DNA of 32,000 nucleotides from Vibrio cholerae ATCC 14035 (GTDB lineage Bacteria; Pseudomonadota; Gammaproteobacteria; Enterobacterales; Vibrionaceae): NCBI RefSeq assembly GCF_000621645.1, contig NZ_JHXR01000003.1, positions 120,001 to 152,000 of the forward strand, read 5' to 3'. Shown piece by piece: positions 19,358 to 31,218 of this stretch (position 1 is its first letter; each line of letters starts with the position of its first letter). The notes under the pieces were generated by a model. It saw only the letters and a program-made list of their open reading frames with translations, ran no database searches and was not told where the DNA came from. The position numbers and the translations under genes were made by a program.

Positions 19358-20827
19358 TTATGCTGACAGCATGAGTGAGTCCGCTTTTGCCTCAAGATGG
19401 GTATTGCCCATCAAGAAGGTGTCAACGGCTCGCGCACATTCGCGACCTTCGTTGATACAGCGCACCACCAAGGATTGGCCTGTGCGCATATCACCTGCGG
19501 CGAATACGCCTTTTTGGTTGGTCGCAAAATCTTGCGTCGCCACATTGCCGCGCTCATCAAGCTTAATCCCCAACTGAGCAAGCACGCCGTGTGGCTCTGG
19601 ATGCAAGAAGCCCATCGCCAGAAATGCCATATCACAAGGAATGACGCGTTCACTGCCCACCACTTCGTCAAAGCTTGGTCGCTCACCGGGGGCTGCATCT
19701 TTCCAAACGATGTCAGCGATGCGTAGACCCGTCACTTCACCTTGTTCATTACCAATGAACTCTTTGGTGAGGATGTTCCAATGACGCTCACAGCCTTCTT
19801 CATGAGAGGTAGAGGTGCGCAGAATCATCGGATATTGCGGCCAAGGCATATTCACTGGGCGCTTTTGCGGTGGGATCGGCATGATCTCCACTTGAGTGAT
19901 ACTCGCAGCGCCGTGGCGGTTAGAGGTGCCGACACAGTCGGAGCCAGTATCGCCGCCTCCGATCACTACCACATGTTTGCCTTTAGCGTGGATCTCTTCA
20001 CCTTTCAGATCCATGCCATTGGCTCGGCGGTTATTTTGCGCGAGGAACTGCATCGCGAAGTAAACGCCTTTCAGATCACGTCCGGGAATGCTCAGATCAC
20101 GTGGTACGGTTGAGCCGCCCGTCAGCAATACCGCATCAAACTCCTGACGCAACTGTTGAGCGTTGATGTCTACACCGATATGCGCATTGACCACGAACTT
20201 AACGCCCGCTTGTTCCATCAGATTGATTTTGCGATCAATCACATCCATACCGAGTTTGAAATCGGGAATGCCAAAGCGCAGCAAGCCGCCGACTTTTTCA
20301 TCCCGCTCAAACACGGTGACGCTATGACCCGCGGCATTCAACTGCTCCGCCGCGGCCAGCCCCGCAGGGCCTGAGCCAATGATCGCGACCGTTTTTCCGG
20401 TGCGTGAACGTGGCGTTTTCGGCTTGGCATAGCCTTCTTGGTAAGCACGTTCCACAATGGTTTTTTCAATGTTACAGATGGTGATCGGATCTTGGTTGAT
20501 GCCAAGCACACAGGCGGTTTCACAAGGTGCAGGGCAGACACGACCGGTAAACTCTGGGAAGTTGTTGGTCGAGCTCAGAATATTCCAAGCCTCTTCCCAA
20601 CTGTCGCGATACACTGCATCGTTAAACTCGGGAATGATGTTGCCAATCGGGCAGCCGTTATGACAAAACGGCACGCCACAATCCATACAACGTGAAGCTT
20701 GCTGATTGATCTTCTTACCAAACTCTTGGTTAAGGACAAACTCTTTGTTGTTTTTGATGCGCTCTGCCGGGTCGATTTTTTTCGGCAGTTCACGACCAAA
20801 TTCTAAAAATCCGGTTGCTTTACCCAT
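19358..20827 (-). CDS. Glutamate synthase small-subunit paralog (489 aa), a lineage distinct from gltD
   Basis: The N-terminus MGKATGFLEF... and the motifs CMDCGVPFCHNGCP, GRVCPAPCE, IIGSGPAGLAA and GGGDTGSDCVGT resemble Bacillus-type GltB/GltD-like beta subunits more than E. coli GltD. The start abuts the upstream stop (TAAATG at 20825-20830). Confidence 0.9.
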   Translation of the reverse strand: MGKATGFLEFGRELPKKIDPAERIKNNKEFVLNQEFGKKINQQASRCMDCGVPFCHNGCPIGNIIPEFNDAVYRDSWEEAWNILSSTNNFPEFTGRVCPAPCETACVLGINQDPITICNIEKTIVERAYQEGYAKPKTPRSRTGKTVAIIGSGPAGLAAAEQLNAAGHSVTVFERDEKVGGLLRFGIPDFKLGMDVIDRKINLMEQAGVKFVVNAHIGVDINAQQLRQEFDAVLLTGGSTVPRDLSIPGRDLKGVYFAMQFLAQNNRRANGMDLKGEEIHAKGKHVVVIGGGDTGSDCVGTSNRHGAASITQVEIMPIPPQKRPVNMPWPQYPMILRTSTSHEEGCERHWNILTKEFIGNEQGEVTGLRIADIVWKDAAPGERPSFDEVVGSERVIPCDMAFLAMGFLHPEPHGVLAQLGIKLDERGNVATQDFATNQKGVFAAGDMRTGQSLVVRCINEGRECARAVDTFLMGNTHLEAKADSLMLSA

Positions 20828-23800
20828 TTATACCGCCTCCGCTGCTAATGTGGCTTGTTGCTCCTGTGCTTTACGCTTTTGCAGTACCGCTTTGTAATCA
20901 CGCGGCATGACCTTGACCATAGTGGCTAGGCTTGCGTCAAAGTTGGCAAGGAAAGCTTTGGCCACTTCACTTCCTGTGAATTGAACATGCTTGGTTAACA
21001 TCTCTTTGAGTAGGGCTCTGTCTTCCGCTTCGATAGGGTCCAGATCAACCAATTCTGCATTGAGCTTAGATTGGAAGTCGCCAGATTTATCCCACACGTA
21101 AGCCACACCGCCACTCATACCTGCGGCGAAGTTACGGCCGGTTGAACCGAGGATCACTGCGACACCGCCGGTCATGTATTCACAGCCGTGATCGCCGATA
21201 CCTTCCACCACCACTTTGGCACCTGAGTTACGCACGCAGAAACGCTCGCCCGCTAGGCCGCGAATGTAAGATTCGCCAGAGGTTGCGCCGTAGAAACAGA
21301 CGTTACCGACTACAATGTTCTCTTCCGGAACTATGGTGGCGTTACGGTTCGGGTAGAGCACCAGCGTGCCACCAGAAAGACCTTTGCCCCAGTAGTCGTT
21401 AGCATCGCCTTCCACTTCAAAGTAAACGCCTTTAGTGAGGAATGCCCCGAAAGATTGTCCCGCACTGCCGTTGAATTTCACCTGCATTGGCTGTGGTAGA
21501 CCTTGGTCTTTGTAAACCTTACAGATTTCGTTAGACAACATGGTGCCGGTACTGCGATCGGTGTTGATGATCGGTAGCTCTGCTTTGACCGCTTCACCAC
21601 GCTCAAGGGCAGGCGTTGCTAATTGGATCAAGGTGCGATCCAGTATGCTTTCGAGCTGGTGGTTCTGCTGAGTCTGGCAGTAAATACCATCTTCGCTGCG
21701 CGGCTGCTCAATAAAGAGGATCGGCGACAGATCGAGGTTTTTGTACTTCCAGTGGCCAATATCATCACGCACTTTGAGTTTGTGCGCTTGGCCAACCATT
21801 TCGTTAATGGTGCGGAAACCGAGCTCAGCCATGATTTCACGCAGGCCTTGTGCCATGTATTGGAAGAAGGTCACAACGTCATCCACACGGCCAGCAAAAC
21901 GCTCACGCAGAGTTTTGTTTTGTGTGGCGATACCGACAGGGCAAGTGTTTTTATGACATTTACGCATCATGATACAGCCTTCAACCACCAGTGCAGCGGT
22001 TGCGACGCCCCATTCTTCAGCGCCCAACAGTACCGCAATCGCGATATCGCGTGGGGTTTTCATCTGTCCATCGGCTTGCACCACAATGCGGTTACGCAGG
22101 CCGTTTTTGAGCAGAGTCTGGTGGGTTTCAGCCAGACCCAGTTCCCAAGGTAAACCGGTATGACGGATAGAAGAGATGGGTGATGCACCCGTACCGCCAT
22201 CGTGACCGGCAATCAGTACTACGTCAGCTTTGGCTTTAGCCACACCCGATGCGATGGTGCCGACACCGGCTTCAGAAACCAGTTTGACGTTGACGCGACC
22301 TTTGCGGTTGGCGTTTTTCAGATCGAAAATCAGCTGGGCTAAGTCTTCGATAGAGTAAATGTCGTGGTGCGGTGGTGGCGAAATCAGGCCGACGCCCGGT
22401 GTCGAGTGACGAGTTGCCCCGATCCATTCATCGACTTTATCACCCGGTAGCTGACCACCTTCGCCCGGTTTCGCCCCTTGCGCCATCTTGATCTGGATTT
22501 CATCTGCGTTGGTCAGATAGTAAGAGGTCACGCCGAAACGGCCAGATGCTACTTGCTTGATCGCTGAACGCTCTGAATCACCGTTGGCATTTAGCTCAAA
22601 ACGCATTGGGTCTTCACCACCTTCACCGGAGTTGGATTTCGCGCCTAGACGGTTCATCGCAATCGCCAGTGTGGAGTGCGCTTCGTAAGAGATAGACCCA
22701 AACGACATCGCACCGGTGGCAAAGCGCTTCACAATGCTCTCGATCGGTTCCACTTCCTCAATCGGAATGGAACCCGCTGGATTTTTCACAAAATCAAGCT
22801 GACTGCGCAGAGTAACGGCTTTATCGCCTTGGCTATCCACCGCGGCTGCGTACTTCTTGAACTGCTGATAATTTTTGTGGCGAGTCGATTCTTGCAGCAG
22901 GTGAATCGTTTCTGGGTTAAACAGATGCTGCTCACCACGCTGTTTCCATTGATACACGCCGCCGACATCCAGCACTTGCAGTGGGATTTCACGCGTTGGG
23001 TAACCAATGCGATGACGAACCAACACTTCTTTAGCGATGTCGTCGAGGGTCAAACCTTGAATACGGGTGATGGTGCCAGTGAAGTATTTATCGACCACCG
23101 CTTTACTGATCCCGAGCGCTTCAAAAATCTGTGCACCGTGATAAGACTGCAGCGTCGAAATCCCCATTTTAGAGAAGATCTTCAACAGACCGCCGTTCAC
23201 GCCTTTACGGTAATTCTCGAAGTATTTCTCTACCGAAACATCGGCATCGAGTTTCTTCTGACGCTTGAGATCGACGATGGTTTCCACCACTAGATACGGG
23301 TTGACTGCGTTTGCACCGTAGCCGAGTAGGGTTGCAAAGTGGTGCGTTTCACGCGCATCACCAGTTTCCACCACAATGCCGCATTTCGAACGCAGACCTT
23401 TGCGGATCAGGTGATGGTGCACCGCGCCTACAGCCAGCATGGCTGGGATGGCGGCGTGGTTGGAGTTTACCGCGCGGTCGGTCAGCAAAATGATCGAATA
23501 GCCATCAATCACCGCATCTTCCGCGTATTGGCAAATACGTTTCAGAGCGCGTTCGAGCTTGCCCGGTTCATCGCTGGCACGAAATACGATGTCTAAGGTT
23601 TTGGCTTGCAAGTGCTCGTTATCGATTGCCCGGATTTTCTCAAGCTCAGCATTAGAAATGACCGGCGATTCCAATTCGACCTTACGACAGTGCGCAGGGG
23701 TTTCTGCTAGCAAGTTTTGATCGCGGCCGATATAAGTGTTGAGCGACATCACCATGCGTTCACGGATCGGGTCGATCGGTGGGTTGGTCACTTGGGCAAA

Positions 23801-25420
23801 CAACTGCTTGAAGTAGTTGGAGAGATGCTGAGATTGGTGTGACAGCACGGCGACCGGCCAGTCTGCCCCCATCGAACCGAGCGGCTCATAACCAGTTTGC
23901 GCGAGAGTCAGAATGATGTCATTGACCTCTTCGCTACTCACCCCAAACGCTTGTTGGCGATGGAGGAGACGCTCTGGCGACGGTTGGCTATGTACGTTGT
24001 CGGCATCCGGCAGTTTTTTCAAACTGAGTAGGTTTTCTTCTACCCATTTTTCATAAGGCTGCGCCGAAGCGATACCGTCTTTCACCTCTTCATCTGAGAT
24101 AATACGGCCTTGTTCTAAGTCGGCAACAAAGATACGTCCCGGTTGCAGACGACCACGGTATTCCACATTGGCCGGATCAATTTCCACGACGCCAGATTCG
24201 GAAGCCATGATCAGAAAATCGTCTTTGGTCACGGTATAACGAGACGGACGCAGACCGTTACGATCCAGTGTGGCGCCTACTTGTACCCCATCGGTAAAGC
24301 ACACTGATGCTGGGCCGTCCCAAGGTTCCATGACGTTAGCGTGGTATTGATAGAAGGCGCGGCGCTTAGGATCCATCGCTTTGTTTTCTTGCCATGCTTC
24401 TGGGATCATCATCATCAGAGCGTGAGGCAAGCTGCGACCGGAAAGCACCAGCAGTTCGAGTACCATGTCAAAGTTAGCCGAATCGGATGCGCCTTCTTGG
24501 CAGATAGGCAGCAGCATATCGATTTCAGCTTGAGTAAACAGCTTGGATTGTAAAATCGCTTCGCGCGCTTTCATCCAGTTCAAGTTACCGCGAACCGTGT
24601 TGATCTCACCGTTGTGCGCGATGTAGCGGAAAGGTTGAGCCAGTCGCCATTTCGGGAAGGTGTTGGTCGAAAAACGCGAGTGCACCAGTGCTAACGCTGT
24701 CACCATGGTCGGATTTTGCAAGTCGAGGAAGTATTGCGGTACTTGCTCTGTAGTCAACTGACCTTTATAGACCAAGGTTTTGTACGACATCGAGTTGATA
24801 TAAAAATCATCACCGATGTTCGACACGCTCTCAAGGCAGACGCGAACGGTGTAGTTACGCAGCACGTACAGCTTGCGTTCTAGCTCGTCAGGCTGCATAC
24901 CCGGGCCGCCAGAAATAAACACGTGTTCAAATTGTGGTTCGGTACTGAGGGGGTCGGCACCCAACATGCTGTTATTGGTCGGTAAAACGCGGTAGCCAAT
25001 CACATCCAGATCAAGGCGTTTGGCATTGCGTTCTAGAATGTCGCGGCATTGGGCGCGTTTATGTTCATCTTTCGGGAACAGCACCACACCAACACCGTAC
25101 TTTTCGAATGAAGGCAGCTTGATCCCCAGTTTAACCGCTTCTTCGAGTAAAAATTCGTGAGGTTTTTGCAACAAAATACCCGCACCGTCACCGCTGCAAG
25201 GGTCACAACCCTGACCGCCACGGTGTTCCATGCGTGCGAGCATGTCCAAAGCTTGAGTGACCACCTGATGAGACTTGCGATTTTTCAGGTGAGCGACAAA
25301 GCCGATGCCACAAGCATCATGCTCCAGCTCAGGCGTATAAAGACCACGCGAACGTTGCGCTTTATCTACCATAGATACATCCTTCCAGTTATTGAGGACG
25401 CAACCGCACTGAGTGTGCAC
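20828..25420 (-). CDS. Glutamate synthase large-subunit paralog; the likely true start is the ATG at 25372 (~1514 aa)
   Basis: The domain set is complete: Ntn Cys in [15 protein letters not shown]/Fe-S and GXGXG. An AAGGA Shine-Dalgarno sequence lies 7 nt upstream of the internal ATG at 25372-25370. No such signal was seen for the longest-ORF start at 25420. Confidence 0.93.
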   Translation of the reverse strand: MHTQCGCVLNNWKDVSMVDKAQRSRGLYTPELEHDACGIGFVAHLKNRKSHQVVTQALDMLARMEHRGGQGCDPCSGDGAGILLQKPHEFLLEEAVKLGIKLPSFEKYGVGVVLFPKDEHKRAQCRDILERNAKRLDLDVIGYRVLPTNNSMLGADPLSTEPQFEHVFISGGPGMQPDELERKLYVLRNYTVRVCLESVSNIGDDFYINSMSYKTLVYKGQLTTEQVPQYFLDLQNPTMVTALALVHSRFSTNTFPKWRLAQPFRYIAHNGEINTVRGNLNWMKAREAILQSKLFTQAEIDMLLPICQEGASDSANFDMVLELLVLSGRSLPHALMMMIPEAWQENKAMDPKRRAFYQYHANVMEPWDGPASVCFTDGVQVGATLDRNGLRPSRYTVTKDDFLIMASESGVVEIDPANVEYRGRLQPGRIFVADLEQGRIISDEEVKDGIASAQPYEKWVEENLLSLKKLPDADNVHSQPSPERLLHRQQAFGVSSEEVNDIILTLAQTGYEPLGSMGADWPVAVLSHQSQHLSNYFKQLFAQVTNPPIDPIRERMVMSLNTYIGRDQNLLAETPAHCRKVELESPVISNAELEKIRAIDNEHLQAKTLDIVFRASDEPGKLERALKRICQYAEDAVIDGYSIILLTDRAVNSNHAAIPAMLAVGAVHHHLIRKGLRSKCGIVVETGDARETHHFATLLGYGANAVNPYLVVETIVDLKRQKKLDADVSVEKYFENYRKGVNGGLLKIFSKMGISTLQSYHGAQIFEALGISKAVVDKYFTGTITRIQGLTLDDIAKEVLVRHRIGYPTREIPLQVLDVGGVYQWKQRGEQHLFNPETIHLLQESTRHKNYQQFKKYAAAVDSQGDKAVTLRSQLDFVKNPAGSIPIEEVEPIESIVKRFATGAMSFGSISYEAHSTLAIAMNRLGAKSNSGEGGEDPMRFELNANGDSERSAIKQVASGRFGVTSYYLTNADEIQIKMAQGAKPGEGGQLPGDKVDEWIGATRHSTPGVGLISPPPHHDIYSIEDLAQLIFDLKNANRKGRVNVKLVSEAGVGTIASGVAKAKADVVLIAGHDGGTGASPISSIRHTGLPWELGLAETHQTLLKNGLRNRIVVQADGQMKTPRDIAIAVLLGAEEWGVATAALVVEGCIMMRKCHKNTCPVGIATQNKTLRERFAGRVDDVVTFFQYMAQGLREIMAELGFRTINEMVGQAHKLKVRDDIGHWKYKNLDLSPILFIEQPRSEDGIYCQTQQNHQLESILDRTLIQLATPALERGEAVKAELPIINTDRSTGTMLSNEICKVYKDQGLPQPMQVKFNGSAGQSFGAFLTKGVYFEVEGDANDYWGKGLSGGTLVLYPNRNATIVPEENIVVGNVCFYGATSGESYIRGLAGERFCVRNSGAKVVVEGIGDHGCEYMTGGVAVILGSTGRNFAAGMSGGVAYVWDKSGDFQSKLNAELVDLDPIEAEDRALLKEMLTKHVQFTGSEVAKAFLANFDASLATMVKVMPRDYKAVLQKRKAQEQQATLAAEAV

Positions 25421-25938
25421 TCAGTTATTCCCGCCACGCATCAAGCAGCATCCGCTGAATGAGTCGCTTGGGCGATACGTCCTGTCCTTTTTGTTTTGAG
25501 TGAAATCTGCTTAGGGAGCAGATCCGCGTCCTTTCCGTCTCTCACAGGAAATATATTGTGAGAAAGACAATCCTTAGTGACATTCCTGTTGTCGAGCCAC
25601 TTTACTAGTGGATTCTTTTGGTAGGTGTGGAATATCACCGATAGTCTGCCGCGTTTTTTGTAATTAATTGAGCAAAAAAGCACGGAAAACTGAAAGTATC
25701 CTACAATTTTGCTGGCGCAAATTCCAACGAAAAGTCTGCGGTTTGGTTTATTTTTTTACAGCTAGATGAATGTTTTGTTTAACAAACTAGAAACAAAATG
25801 CAAATAGTGTTTATTTTATGCCTATTTATTGATTTGACGCTGTTTGAAATCAAACGCGAGGGATTAAAATTTGTGACCAATTCGATTGGAAATGTAATTA
25901 AATTACACGGATGGTAGTGAGAGATATTTGTATTTAGA

Positions 25939-26889
25939 TTGAGCGAGCCGATGCATTTACATCAACTGGTGAACACCATAGGTCAAGATTTACAACGCCG
26001 TTATGGAGAGAAGGTCCATAAGTTAACGCTGCATGGTGGATTCAGTTGTCCGAATCGCGATGGCACGATAGGCCGTGGCGGCTGCACTTTCTGTAATGTG
26101 GCGTCGTTTGCCGATGAAAATACTCAGCAGCAGAGTATTCAAGCGCAGTTGAAAGATCGGGCGGGGGAGATCAAACGCGCCAAAAAATACCTCGCTTATT
26201 TTCAAGCTTACACCAGCACGTATGCGGAAGTGCAAGTGCTGAAATCCATGTACGAACAAGCCCTAGAAGAAGCGGATATTGTGGGGTTGTGTGTTGGCAC
26301 TCGTCCTGATTGTGTACCGGATGCGGTGCTTAAGTTGCTCGCCGATTATGTGCAGCAAGGTTATGAAATTTGGCTTGAATTGGGTTTACAGACGGCGCAC
26401 GACCAGACTTTAAAACGCATTAACCGCGGGCACGATTTTGCCTGCTACGCAGAGATCACTGCCAAAGCTAGAGCGTTAGGTATCAAAGTGTGTACTCACT
26501 TGATTGTTGGGTTACCCGGTGAAGAGCGCACTGAAAACCTCACCACGTTACAGCAAGTACTGAAGGTAGGCACCGATGGCATTAAGTTGCACGGTTTACA
26601 CATCGTAGAAGGCAGCACTATGGCCAAAGCGTGGCGAGCGGGGCGTTTAACGGTACTCGATCAGGATCAATATGTGTCCATCGCTTGCGAGATGATCCGT
26701 TCTACACCCCCTGAGATTGTTTATCATCGCGTCTCTTCTGCAGCCCGCAGGCCAACGCTACTTGCCCCGTTGTGGTGCGAAAATCGCTGGTGGGCGATGA
26801 CAGCGATTGGCCAAAGATTGGAAAAAGAAGGGGCTCAGGGCTCGTTGCTCGGTACGCCTTTTGAGTATTCACCTTTGAACTTAAAGTAA
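25939..26889 (+). CDS. yhcC: Radical SAM protein, YhcC family (TIGR01212-like)
   Basis: The motif GGFSCPNRDGTIGRGGCTFCN is typical of YhcC. The gene is divergent from a GOGAT operon, as yhcC-gltB is in E. coli. The ORF-track start is TTG at 25939; an ATG at 25951 is an alternative. Confidence 0.8.
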   Translation: MSEPMHLHQLVNTIGQDLQRRYGEKVHKLTLHGGFSCPNRDGTIGRGGCTFCNVASFADENTQQQSIQAQLKDRAGEIKRAKKYLAYFQAYTSTYAEVQVLKSMYEQALEEADIVGLCVGTRPDCVPDAVLKLLADYVQQGYEIWLELGLQTAHDQTLKRINRGHDFACYAEITAKARALGIKVCTHLIVGLPGEERTENLTTLQQVLKVGTDGIKLHGLHIVEGSTMAKAWRAGRLTVLDQDQYVSIACEMIRSTPPEIVYHRVSSAARRPTLLAPLWCENRWWAMTAIGQRLEKEGAQGSLLGTPFEYSPLNLK

Positions 26890-26956
26890 TAATCCGCAGC
26901 AAAGTCAGATAATCTTTTGTACTATTTAAAGAATCATCAATAACACCGCTGAATGC

Positions 26957-28696
26957 ATGCCTGAATTTCTCTCTGAATTTGTACGTTTCTTGTTCGCTGC
27001 CGGGCTTGTGCTTGGTGGTGGGTTATGGCTTTTTTCAGGATGGCAGCGCTATGTTCAACCTCAACAGTGGATTCAGTTACTTCACCATGCACCGTCAGGG
27101 ATGCTCTTGGTAGGAGAGGATCGCGTTTTACGTGCCAATCTTGCCGCGTATTTGTTACTGGGGATCCGCTTGGTGGGACGTCACTATCTGTTTTCTGCCG
27201 AGCAGAGTGAAGAGAGTCAGCAAGCTTTTTATCGAGCGCTCGCCAGCAGTGCACAGCAAAAGCGTTCCGTCCCTCTGCTTTGGCCTGTGCCGGGCAATTT
27301 GACCCAAACTCTAGAGATCTCAGCTTCGCTCTTACGTCGTTGGCCGAAGAAATTATGGCTAGTGAATGTGATTGGTTTTGAGTGTCCCAGCCATGACATT
27401 CAACAAGAGCGCCACTCACTGGCGATAGCGCGCACGGCACTTGATTCCCTCTCCGAGCTGATTTTTATTAAAAGTACCGAAGGCCACTTAATCGCAACCA
27501 ACCGAGCGTTTGATCAGTTTTGGCAAGGCCGGATTGAAGAGGGCAGCGCTACTTTTAAAGGCATTATGAAAGGGCGCACGAGTCAGCGTTGCTGGACTGT
27601 GACGCCTGATGGGCGCAGCTGTCTGTTAGAAACCTACCAACGGGTATTGATGTCGCCGCAAGGTGAAAATATTGGGCTACTTGGCATCAGTCATGATGTG
27701 ACCGACTGGTACAACATGCAGCGTCAATTAAGAGAAGAGATGGAAAAACGCCGTGACACCGAAGTGGCATTGGCACAGCGCGATACGATTTTACAAAACA
27801 TCTTAGAATCTAGCCCCGATTCGATTGGTATCTTCAATGAAAACATGGTCTACCAAGCCTGTAACCAGCCGTTTGTGGAAGCTCTCGGGATCGCGGAAGT
27901 GTCAGATCTGGTTGGTAAACGGCTGCAAGATGTGATCCCCGAGCACATCTATGCGCGTCTTTCCGATACGGATAGCCAAGTCCTGCACCAAGGTAAGTCT
28001 CTGCGCTACATCGACAGAATTGAACGCTCAGATGGTGAGTTTATCTGGTTTGATGTTGTGAAATCGCCTTTTCGAGATCCGGCTTCGGGCACCAATGGCG
28101 TGCTGATCATGGCGCGAGATGTGTCGGAGCGCTATCTCGCCGCTGAACAATTAGAAGCCGCCAACCAAGAGCTGGAACGCCTAAGCTTTTTAGATAGCTT
28201 GACTCATGTTGCCAATCGTCGTCGTTTTGATGAACAACTGCATACCCTCTGGCATTTGCATGTGCGTGAAGGCAAACCATTAAGCATCATTCTGTGTGAT
28301 GTCGATTATTTCAAAGATTACAACGACGCTTATGGCCATTTGATGGGCGATGAGACGCTCAAACAGATAGCGATTGCCTTTACTCAAGTCGCCAATCGCC
28401 ATTCTGATTGTGTTGCCCGCTACGGGGGAGAAGAGTTTGGTATTTTGCTGCCCAATACACCACAGTCCGGAGCAATACTGGTCGCAGAGCGAATCCATGA
28501 GAAAGTTCGTGGATTAGCGATTCCACATGATCATTCTAAGGTTGCCGATAGGATTACCGTCAGCTTAGGCATAGTGACGCTTATTCCTCGGCCTGAGGAT
28601 GTACCTGAGCAAATGGTTGAGCTAGCGGATCGGGCTTTATACCAAGCCAAAGCGAATGGCCGCAATCAGACCTCAATTTATCAACCAAACCACTAA
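26957..28696 (+). CDS. Membrane-anchored PAS-PAS-GGDEF diguanylate cyclase
   Basis: An N-terminal TM segment is followed by two PAS-like regions. The C-terminal GGDEF domain has the active-site motif GGEEF (ARYGGEEFGILLP) and an RxxD I-site (RHSD) five residues upstream. Confidence 0.88.
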   Translation: MPEFLSEFVRFLFAAGLVLGGGLWLFSGWQRYVQPQQWIQLLHHAPSGMLLVGEDRVLRANLAAYLLLGIRLVGRHYLFSAEQSEESQQAFYRALASSAQQKRSVPLLWPVPGNLTQTLEISASLLRRWPKKLWLVNVIGFECPSHDIQQERHSLAIARTALDSLSELIFIKSTEGHLIATNRAFDQFWQGRIEEGSATFKGIMKGRTSQRCWTVTPDGRSCLLETYQRVLMSPQGENIGLLGISHDVTDWYNMQRQLREEMEKRRDTEVALAQRDTILQNILESSPDSIGIFNENMVYQACNQPFVEALGIAEVSDLVGKRLQDVIPEHIYARLSDTDSQVLHQGKSLRYIDRIERSDGEFIWFDVVKSPFRDPASGTNGVLIMARDVSERYLAAEQLEAANQELERLSFLDSLTHVANRRRFDEQLHTLWHLHVREGKPLSIILCDVDYFKDYNDAYGHLMGDETLKQIAIAFTQVANRHSDCVARYGGEEFGILLPNTPQSGAILVAERIHEKVRGLAIPHDHSKVADRITVSLGIVTLIPRPEDVPEQMVELADRALYQAKANGRNQTSIYQPNH

Positions 28697-28802
28697 AACT
28701 GTGCGGTTCGCCCTGTCACAGCGCCAAGAAGTGGATAAGTGCTGCTAACGTTTGTGTGGGAAAAAGGCTAGACTAAGTGCTCTTTATCTGACGGAGCAGT
28801 GA

Positions 28803-31160
28803 ATGAAACCGATGAAAAATCTCGCCCAGTATTACGTTGATTTGTTAGTCAAATTGGGCATTTTACGTTTCTCCATTCTCTTAGCTCTCGCCTTGGTTGC
28901 TTTGGCTGTGGTGGTACAAGTGGGGATCACGCTGATCCTCAACGGTTTCGTCGATGATATCGACATTATCCGCTCGGTATTCTTTGGTTTACTTATCACA
29001 CCTTGGGCAGTGTACTTTCTTTCTGTGGTGGTTGATCAGCTTGAAGAGTCACGCCAACGCCTCTCGAAATTGGTGTCTAAACTCAAAGACATGCGTTCGC
29101 GCGATCAAGAACTCAATCAAAAACTTCAGCAAAACATCGTTAAACTCAATCAAGAAATCGAAGAACGGATCAAGGCAGAAGAGGCACGCGAAGAAGCGAT
29201 GGCTGACCTTGAAAATGAAGTGTATCAGCGTGAAAAAACCCAAGTGGAATTGGCCGAACGTACCGCTTTGCTACGCTCTTTCATCGACGCATCTCCCGAT
29301 TTGATCTATTACCGCAACGCCAAAGGTGAGTTTTCTGGCTGCAACCGAGCGATGGAAGAGCTGACCGGAAAGCGCGAAAGTGAGCTAGTGGGGTTAACGC
29401 CTTGGGATGTTTATCGCAAAGAGATTGCTCAATCAATTGTCGAAACGGATCAGCAAGTTTTTAACAACAACACCGCGATTACTTACGAGCAGTGGTTGGA
29501 GTACCCTGATGGTCGTAAGAGCTTCTTTGAACTGCGTAAAGTGCCTTTTTACAACAAAGATGGCCGCCATCTTGGCTTGGTCGGTTTTGGCCGTGATATC
29601 ACCGAGCGTAAACGCCATGAAGAATCATTGGAGAAAGCCAGCCGCGACAAAACCACGTTTATTTCTACCATTAGCCATGAGCTGCGCACTCCGCTCAATG
29701 GTATCGTTGGTTTGAGCCGGATGCTGCTCGATACACCATTGAGCAGTGAGCAGCGTAAGCATTTACAAACCATCAATGTCAGTGCTGTGACGCTGGGTAA
29801 TATCTTCAACGATATTATTGATATGGATAAGTTTGACCGCCGTAAATTAGAGCTTTTCCCTGCAGCCCTCAACTTTGAAGAGTTTGTGGCAGAAATTGAA
29901 GTGTTGGCGGCCTTAATGGCGGAGCAAAAAGGGTTACGTTTTGATTTAGAACGGTTAACTGACTTGCCTTCTTTAGTGGAAGTGGACTCGACACGTCTGC
30001 GTCAAGTGTTATGGAACCTACTCAGTAACGCGATGAAGTTCACCAAAGAGGGCGGTGTGGTGATGACGGTCAGCGCAGAATGCGATGCGCAGCATGCAGA
30101 GATCACGATTGAAGTTGAAGATACCGGGATTGGCATTCCGGAAGCGGAACAAGAAAAAATCTTTGCCATGTATTATCAGGTCAAGTCAGGCAAAGATAAC
30201 TTACATGCGGTGGGGACTGGCATCGGCTTAGCCGTATCACGTCAGTTGATTAAGTTGATGGGTGGCGATATCAGCGTCAACAGTGAAGAGGGTTTTGGCA
30301 GCACCTTTACCGTAACGATCCGAGTCCCCTTGTTAGCCGAAGCGCCGATTGAGATTGAGCCACAGGAGCCGCAAACTCAGCTGAATATTTTCATGGTCGA
30401 AGACATTGAGCTCAATATTACGGTTGCTCGTTCATTACTTGAAAGTATGGGGCATAAGGTGACGGTCGCCATGACGGGCGAAGAAGCGATCCAAGGCTTT
30501 AACCCAACAGAGTACGATCTGGTGTTCCTCGATATTCAGCTACCGGATATGACAGGCTTCGATATCGCTCACTATTACCGCACCCATTACTCCTCATTAC
30601 CGCCATTAGTGGCATTAACTGCCAATGTATTGAAAGATAAAGAAGAGTATCGTCAAAAAGGGATGGATGCTGCGATAAGCAAGCCTTTATCGGTAGCGGC
30701 GGTGCGAGAAGTGATTGCGAAGATGACGCAACATCATGCCGGTGAGAGCGTCGCTAAAGTGAAATCAAATAAAGAAAAAGAAGTACCAGACGATCTCTAT
30801 CAGCAGTTACTGGATCTTGAGATGTTGCAATCCTATGTTGAGATTGTCGGTAGCCAACCCGTGATTGATAGCGTGCACTTATTCGAACAATCCATGCCAG
30901 CCTATCTTGCTGTATTGGACTCGAATATGGTGGCCAAAGATCAAGAAGGTATTGTCAGTGAAGCCCATAAAATCAAAGGTGCGGCAGGCTCTGTCGGGTT
31001 AAAACGCATTCAAAAGATTGCTCAGAAAGCGCAATCGCCGGAAGCTCCTGCATGGTGGGAGAACATCAGTGACTGGGTGGAAGAGATCAAAAACGAATAT
31101 CAGTCTGACATTGCTGTATTGAAGCGCTGGCTGACTCAGCAAGCAAACGCAAAGCAGTGA
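28803..31160 (+). CDS. arcB: Aerobic respiration control sensor kinase ArcB (tripartite hybrid histidine kinase)
   Basis: The product is colinear with E. coli ArcB: LAQYYVDL..., the H-box FISTISHELRTPLNGIVGLSRML, a receiver domain (DLVFLDIQLPDMTG) and an HPt domain (HKIKGAAGSVGLKRIQ). Confidence 0.95.
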   Translation: MKPMKNLAQYYVDLLVKLGILRFSILLALALVALAVVVQVGITLILNGFVDDIDIIRSVFFGLLITPWAVYFLSVVVDQLEESRQRLSKLVSKLKDMRSRDQELNQKLQQNIVKLNQEIEERIKAEEAREEAMADLENEVYQREKTQVELAERTALLRSFIDASPDLIYYRNAKGEFSGCNRAMEELTGKRESELVGLTPWDVYRKEIAQSIVETDQQVFNNNTAITYEQWLEYPDGRKSFFELRKVPFYNKDGRHLGLVGFGRDITERKRHEESLEKASRDKTTFISTISHELRTPLNGIVGLSRMLLDTPLSSEQRKHLQTINVSAVTLGNIFNDIIDMDKFDRRKLELFPAALNFEEFVAEIEVLAALMAEQKGLRFDLERLTDLPSLVEVDSTRLRQVLWNLLSNAMKFTKEGGVVMTVSAECDAQHAEITIEVEDTGIGIPEAEQEKIFAMYYQVKSGKDNLHAVGTGIGLAVSRQLIKLMGGDISVNSEEGFGSTFTVTIRVPLLAEAPIEIEPQEPQTQLNIFMVEDIELNITVARSLLESMGHKVTVAMTGEEAIQGFNPTEYDLVFLDIQLPDMTGFDIAHYYRTHYSSLPPLVALTANVLKDKEEYRQKGMDAAISKPLSVAAVREVIAKMTQHHAGESVAKVKSNKEKEVPDDLYQQLLDLEMLQSYVEIVGSQPVIDSVHLFEQSMPAYLAVLDSNMVAKDQEGIVSEAHKIKGAAGSVGLKRIQKIAQKAQSPEAPAWWENISDWVEEIKNEYQSDIAVLKRWLTQQANAKQ

Positions 31161-31161
31161 T

Positions 31162-31197
31162 AAAAAAAGACCCTAGCCATTGGCTAGGGTCTTCTCT
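31162..31197. terminator. Bidirectional terminator hairpin between convergent arcB and arcA
   Basis: gaccctagcca (31169-31179) pairs with tggctagggtc (31181-31191). It is flanked by A7 on the plus strand (T7 for the minus-strand arcA) and by ttctct for arcB. Confidence 0.75.
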
Positions 31198-31218
31198 AAT
31201 TAGATATAAAAGAAGAGG

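Noticed and set aside
21623-23293. Long antisense ORFs (176 aa and 205 aa, plus strand) inside the GOGAT-2 large subunit; similar ones occur inside gltB, gltD, cobD (10723-11190) and carB
   Set aside because: They are fully embedded opposite strongly supported conserved genes. Their composition is typical of antisense frames in GC-balanced genes, and they have no motifs.
25441-25683. An 80-aa minus-strand ORF upstream of the second GOGAT large subunit
   Set aside because: It lies in the leader/promoter region and has no ribosome binding site or motifs. It is more likely untranslated leader sequence.
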